From assembly GCF_009914755.1 (NCBI RefSeq), contig NC_060932.1: DNA of 64,000 nt; one strand, written 5' to 3'. The number at the start of each line of letters is the position of its first letter. Position 1 is the stretch's first letter. The notes beneath the pieces were generated by a model. That model saw nothing but the letters and a program-made list of their open reading frames with translations, made no database searches and was not told the DNA's origin. Source of the stretch: the human T2T-CHM13v2.0 reference genome, Homo sapiens. Both the position numbers and the translations under genes were made by a program. Shown here one piece after another: positions 57,201 through 64,000 of the stretch.

Positions 57201-58005
57201 AATAGGACATAAAATATGCTCAATATCCCTAATTGTTAGAGAAAGTCACATTAAAACCATGAAATATCACTGCACTCTATGCAGACAGTTACATTATAAT
57301 TAAAAAAAAAACAGAAAGGAACTAAAAGGAAAGGGAGAAAAAAATAAGTGTTCATAAGAATATGGAGAAATTGGAACTCATACATTGCTGGTGAGAATGT
57401 CAAATAGAGCTGCTCTGAAAAACAGTTTAGTAATTCTCCATAAATATAAAATTACCATGTGACCCAGCAATTCCCAGCAAGGGTACCCTCAAAAGAAATG
57501 AAAACAGGGACCAAAACAGATACTTGTCTGTAGCATTATTCACAAGAGCCAAATGGTGAAAAAAACTCATGTCCCTGAACAGATCAATGGATAAACAAAA
57601 TGTAATAGATAAATACAATAGACTACTATTTGACTATAAAAAAGGAATGAAGTTCTGAAATATACTACAACATGAGTGAGTCTTAAAAACACGATGCTAC
57701 ATGAAATAAGCCTGACACAAATGAACAAATATTGTATGAGTCTGCTCATATGAAATATCTAGAGTAGGCAAATTATTAACTAAATATACTATAAGTTACC
57801 AGGGGAAAATGGAGGGGGCAAAAGAAGAGGTATTCCTTAATGGGTGCAGGGTTTCCATTAGGGGTAATGAAACGTTTTGGTAATAGATAGCAGTGATGGT
57901 TGCAGAACATTACAAATGTCATTAATATCGCTGGAACTAACACTTAAAATGTATGAAATGGTAGGTTTTATGTTATATATTTTATTTTTACCACAGTAAA
58001 GAAAA
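54255..58005 (+). mobile_element. L1MB (MB4/5-like), ~3.4 kb of decayed ORF2 plus 3' UTR
   Basis: AAACAAGTCTCAATAAATTTAAAAGG...AATTGGAAAGGAAGAAGTAAAAC...AAATGGAAAGACATCC...ATAGATAGCAGTGATGGTTGC; many stops. Confidence 0.92.
54907..55218 (+). mobile_element. AluY with a (TAAC)n tail
   Basis: AluY diagnostics; TSD AGAAATTATATGCATCA. Confidence 0.94.
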
Positions 58006-58009
58006 AGAA

Positions 58010-60050
58010 ACTTTTAGAAATTAGCAATATAGCATATTAATAGAAAAATTGAGAAAAAATAAAATGAAATTATTGAAAGATACAGTGAAAGAAATCAACA
58101 GAGTTCAGCAAACATTCAAGCTAAGAATTCTAACAAGCAGAATTAAAACACATTTTCTTAATCACAAAAAATATATCAAGAGGAACAAAAAATTACAACA
58201 AATAATGCTAAGCAGGGACATTCTAAAAGCTTTATTTGTGATAACAGATGTCTAATATCATGTATATCATTTTACTGGATATCTCTTAGGGTATAGGAAA
58301 ACAACCACACCACAATAATAAAATCTCAAGCACTGAAAAAAACAAAAACAGAAACAAAAACAAAAACCTTTTTATTTATATATGACATAATTTTCTCTGA
58401 AGAAAATTCAGAAAAGTTTGCAATCAACTATTAGAATTCATAGCATGAAAATAATTTTTTAATAAAAAGACGACTTGAAGTAGCAGATATAAAACTCAAT
58501 CCTAAAGCAACAGTAATGAAGATAATATGATATTGGCCCAGCAACAGAGTCATACATTTACAGAAACCTGATTTATAAAATGTAATATGGGAGTGCTATG
58601 AGGGGCAAATTGTCCTTTTAACAAATTGCTAAGTTGATGGGATATCTGTACAGAAATAAATATATATGGATCTTGATTATTATATCATTTCATACTAAAA
58701 ATAATCAATTACACACATTTTGGAGGCTCAAATGTGAAAGGTAAAGAGATAATGTTTCTGGAAGGAAACAGATAATTATCTCTGTGATCACGGAATATAA
58801 AAAGATTTCTTAAGAAGAGTTCCAAGGTATGCCAAATGTAAAGGAAAAGTGTCTAAATTGGGCCATATTAAAATTAGTAACTTGTGCTTATTGAAAAAAA
58901 TCATTAGTTCATTTAGAAATCAGCCAATAGAGTAGATGAGAAAATGAAAAGGTCACACACACACTGTATAGTGAGCACCTGCAAAACAATAAGAACATTA
59001 TGAAGAAGCAATAGAAAAAATGAAATATATAAAATTGTGAGAAGACATAAATATGAAAATATGGTCAATTTCATTAGTTATAAGGGAAATAAAGATTAAA
59101 ACCTCCATATTATACATGTCCCACTGTTAACCAGCATATATAGTGTCTAGAATTCTCAAACTGATGATTAAGATTTTCTATATATATAATACAAAAGAAA
59201 CAAAAAAGAATTGATAATCAAGAAATAAAAGTACAATAAAACCCCAGAATTAGACACCGAAACCTTGCACTAAGTACAAAAGAGATGTCAAAGCAGATAC
59301 TATAAAGATGTTTGAGGATATAAAGATAAGCATAATCTTAAAGAATTAATAGGTCAAAAATCTCAGCATAGAAAACATAAGAAAGAACTAAACGAAAATT
59401 CAGAACAGAGTGGTACTAAAAATATTTCACAGGGTGTAGTTAACAGAAGATACTTGACAAGAGAAGAAAATGTCTAAAGATAGATTAATATAAATAATAT
59501 AATCTGAAGAGCAGGGAAAAAGATTTATGAAAAATGAGCAGAGCGTCAGGAATGTGTGGAGCAATGTCACATAGAATAGAGCTCCTCAACAAAAAAAGGA
59601 GAAAATAAATGGAAAAAATCATGGGAGAAAACTTTTTAATTTTGATGATAAGTATGAATTTAAAAGTTCAAGAATCTCAACAAATCTCAAGCAAAATATT
59701 ATATATTATATATATATAAGAGAGATCAGAGCGGGAAGGAGGCAGAGAAGTAGAAAGACAGAAAGAGAAAGAGAAAGGAAGAAAAAAGAAAAGAAGGAAT
59801 AAAGGAAGGAAAGAATGAAAGAGGAAAGGAAGGAAGAAATAAAGACAGGAAGGAAAGAAGGAAGTAAGGAAGGAAGGAGAAAAATCTAATCAAGGAACAT
59901 AATAGTAGAACTGCTAGAAACAAAGATAGAAAATGTTAACATCACTCACGGATGAAAGATACATTATACACAGAAGAACAAGTATGCATATTCCAAGAGA
60001 TTTCTTAACAGAAGTTACAGAGGCATGGCAGAAAGTGGAATAACATTCTC
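58010..60050 (+). mobile_element. Old L1M fragments (ORF2-like, then ORF1-like), with a GA-rich low-complexity tract at ~59720-59880
   Basis: AAAAATGAGCAGAGCGTCAGGAATGTGTGG, AAGTTCAAGAATCTCAACAAATCTCAAG, AAAGTGGAATAACATT. Confidence 0.6.
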
Positions 60051-60054
60051 CTGC

Positions 60055-61022
60055 ATGAATCAATAATTTATTCATTTTTGTTTGTTTATTCATTTATCTA
60101 GTGATGAATATTTGGGTTGTGTCCAGTTTTTGACTAGAACATTTGTCTACAAAACATTGTAAGAACATATGGTTTTATTTCTCTTGGGTAAATAATTAGA
60201 AGTGGGATGATTGCTCATAGGCTAAGCATAAGATCATTTTGGAAATTGCCCATCTGTTTTACAAAGCGGTTATACTTTTCATGGGTGAGAATTTCAGTTG
60301 CTTCACATCCTTTCCAGGACTTGCTATTGTCAGTATTTAAAAATTACACATGTAAATAGTGTAATTTTACACTACATTGTGGGCTATTATATTTTAATTT
60401 GCATTTTTCTAATACATAACTATGTTAAGCATCTTTTCATGTACTTGTTAACCACCTATATATTTTCTTTTGTGAAATGTCTGTTCAAGTGTGTTGTTTG
60501 CTTTATTATTAAACTTTGAGTTTTAGGGTTTCTTCTAGTTTCATTTTGTTTTTTGTATATATACAGAATATGTCCTTTATCATATACTTGAATTGCAAAT
60601 ATGTTCTCCCCACGTGTCTTCTCTTTTATTCTTTTAGCAGTACCTTTCAAACAATAAGTTCTTAATTCTAATAAAGTCCAATTCACCAATTGTTGTCTAC
60701 TATGGCTTATTATTTTGGTGGAATATAAGGAAAATTTTTGCCTAACATAAAGGCACAAATATATTCTCCTAGGTTTTCTCCAAGTGGTTTTGTCTTTAGG
60801 TTTTGCCTTTAGGTCTATGAGTCATTTAGTTTTTGTAATTGATGGGAAGAATAAATCACTTTTTATGTTTATGAATATCCAATTACTCTAGTACTATTTG
60901 TTGAAAAGGCTACACTTTCTCCAACTACTTACCTTTGACCTCTGTTGAAAATCCAGTGACCATATATGTGTGTCTTTTCCTGGACTCTGTATTCTGTTTC
61001 ATATCTACTTATGCTAATATCA
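60055..61022 (-). mobile_element. Old L1M ORF2 3' fragment, antisense
   Basis: TTGGGTTGTGTCCAGTTTTTG...TTTGTGAAATGTCTGTTCAAG...ATTTGTTGAAAAGGCTA...CTGGACTCTGTATTCTGTT. Confidence 0.82.
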
Positions 61023-61024
61023 CG

Positions 61025-61455
61025 TAACATAATAAAAAACTAAGCAAAAATCAATAAAATAAAAATAAGGAAAAGAATTGAGCAAATTTAAAAAGAAGCA
61101 AGTTGGCTTGTGGAAATATGGATTAAATTAATAAACACCTAGCAAGAATAATGAAAACACAAAGATTTCCAAATCAAGACCCAAATAAGACACAGTACGA
61201 AAGATCCCACAGATACTAGAAAGATAATAAGGAAATAGAAGAACAATTATATAGCAATAAATTTGACAGTGTAGATAAAATTTACAAATGATTTTTAAAA
61301 TAGGAAGTCTTATGTAGTAAAGACTATGAATGTGTAATCCACCATCTTCTTACAAAGAAGTCTAGATCTAGACACTTGCACTTTGAATGCCATTAAACAT
61401 TTTAAGGAAAAATAACAACAATTTTATGCAAAATCTGTCAGAATATAGAAAAGGT
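61025..61455 (+). mobile_element. Old L1M ORF2 fragment, sense
   Basis: AAGATCCCACAGATACTAGAAAGATAATAAGG...AATAAATTTGACAGTGTAGATAAAAT. Confidence 0.7.
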
Positions 61456-61459
61456 TATG

Positions 61460-62850
<1,391 letters not shown>

Positions 62851-62869
62851 AGACAAAAACAGCAATGGA

Positions 62870-63400
62870 GGCAATTTTTAGCCATTGACACTCACAGCTA
62901 CTGCAAACACAGCCTCAAGTCTAGCCAGAAAAACTTTCTCCAACTACTTACCTTTGACCTCTGTTGAAAATCCAGTGACCATATATGTGTTTCTTTTCCT
63001 GGACTCTGTATTCTGTTTCATAGCTACTTATGCTAATATCACAGTAAAATAATAAAAAACTAAATAAATAAAAAAACCCCACAAACAGCCTATTTACCCC
63101 AGTTTCTTTTATGTAGTACATCACTTCCAGGTATCAACAAAAATTCCACAGTGCTATAAAAGAAAAAACACAGTTTGAAGAGATGGTAAGCATCAGAACG
63201 AGGCTCAGATATGAAAGAGATGTTCATGTTATAAGACCAGATATTGAGAACAACTATGATTAATATGTTAAAGGCTTTAATGAATAACATAGACAGCATG
63301 CAAGAGCAGATGGGCAGTGAAGCAGAGACACAGAAACTCTAAGAAAGAATCAAAAGGCAGTGTGAGAGATCAAAAGCACTGCAACATAAATGAAGAATGC
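62870..63400 (+). mobile_element. L1MC/MD 5' region and ORF1 start, interrupted by a 130-bp local duplication
   Basis: CAGCTACTGCAAACACAGCC...CTAGCCAG | GCCTATTTACC...ACACAGTTTGAAGAGA...AACAACTATGATTAATATG...GAACAGATGGGC-like. Confidence 0.75.
62933..63063 (+). repeat. Dispersed direct duplicate of 60914-61043
   Basis: ACTTTCTCCAACTACTTACCTTTGACC...AATAATAAAAAACTAA; about 3 substitutions and 1 indel in 130 bp. Confidence 0.96.
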
Positions 63401-64000
63401 CTTCCATTCAAAAATGTGCAAAGAACCCTTACAACTCAACAATAAGAATACAAACAAGTGAACAAAAACATGAGCCAAAGACAATGACAGGCACCCCATC
63501 AGAGAACATATACAGATGGCAGATAAGCATATGAAGAGGCAGTTAACATCATATGCCACCAAGAAAATTCAAATTAAAATCAGAATGAAACTGGAAGCCA
63601 TTGTCTTAAGTAGAATTCAGAAACAGAGAGTCAAATAGCATATGTTCTTACCTATAGCAGGGAGCTAAATAATATCTACACATGCACATATGGAGTGGAA
63701 TAATGGACCCGAGGCTAGGAAGTGTGGGGGCAGGTGAGGGGTGAGGAATTACCTAATGGTTACAATGTACACTATTAGGGTGATGGTTACACCAAAAGCC
63801 CAGACTTCACCACTATGCCACATAACCATATAACAAAATGACACTTGTGCCCCCTAAATCTATAAAAATAAAAAAATTAAAGGAATGACATACCACTACA
63901 CACCAATTAGAATAGCCCAAATCCAGAACACTGATGACACCAAATGCTGGCAAGAATGTGGAGCCACAGGAATGCTCATTCATTGCTAGTGGGAATGAAA
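63400..64000 (+). mobile_element. L1M ORF2 3' fragment containing a nested L1MA2/3 3' end (~63588-63876)
   Basis: AACTGGAAGCCATT...GGGTGATGGTTACACCAAAAGCCCAGACTTCACCACTATG...CCCCTAAATCTATAAAAATAAAAAA; flanks AAATTAAA...GAATGA. Confidence 0.82.

Overview
This is repeat-dense, AT-rich primate genomic DNA. AluY, AluS and AluJ elements, L1PA to L1ME elements, THE1B and MER85 point to an anthropoid, most likely human or great ape. It looks like intergenic or deep intronic sequence. I find no protein-coding host exon, no structural RNA gene and no CRISPR-like array. The supplied ORFs are largely explained by Alu or L1 antisense frames, microsatellites, or the GC-rich MER52 LTR. The only real coding remnants are the L1 ORF2 N-terminus (378 to 1, minus strand, open to the window edge) and a decayed ERVL gag start near 62 kb. 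The notable items lie outside the repeat annotation: a ~145-bp inverted duplication (10260-10938), two dispersed direct duplications about 2 kb apart (4144/5919 and 60914/62933), a four-monomer Alu inside one TSD pair, an 86-nt hairpin at 46646, a MER85 carrying the PGBD3-binding palindrome, and candidate plus-strand non-coding exons. I see no evidence of a new multi-gene system. Subfamily names come from recalled consensus sequences, not a database search, and boundaries of old elements are approximate.
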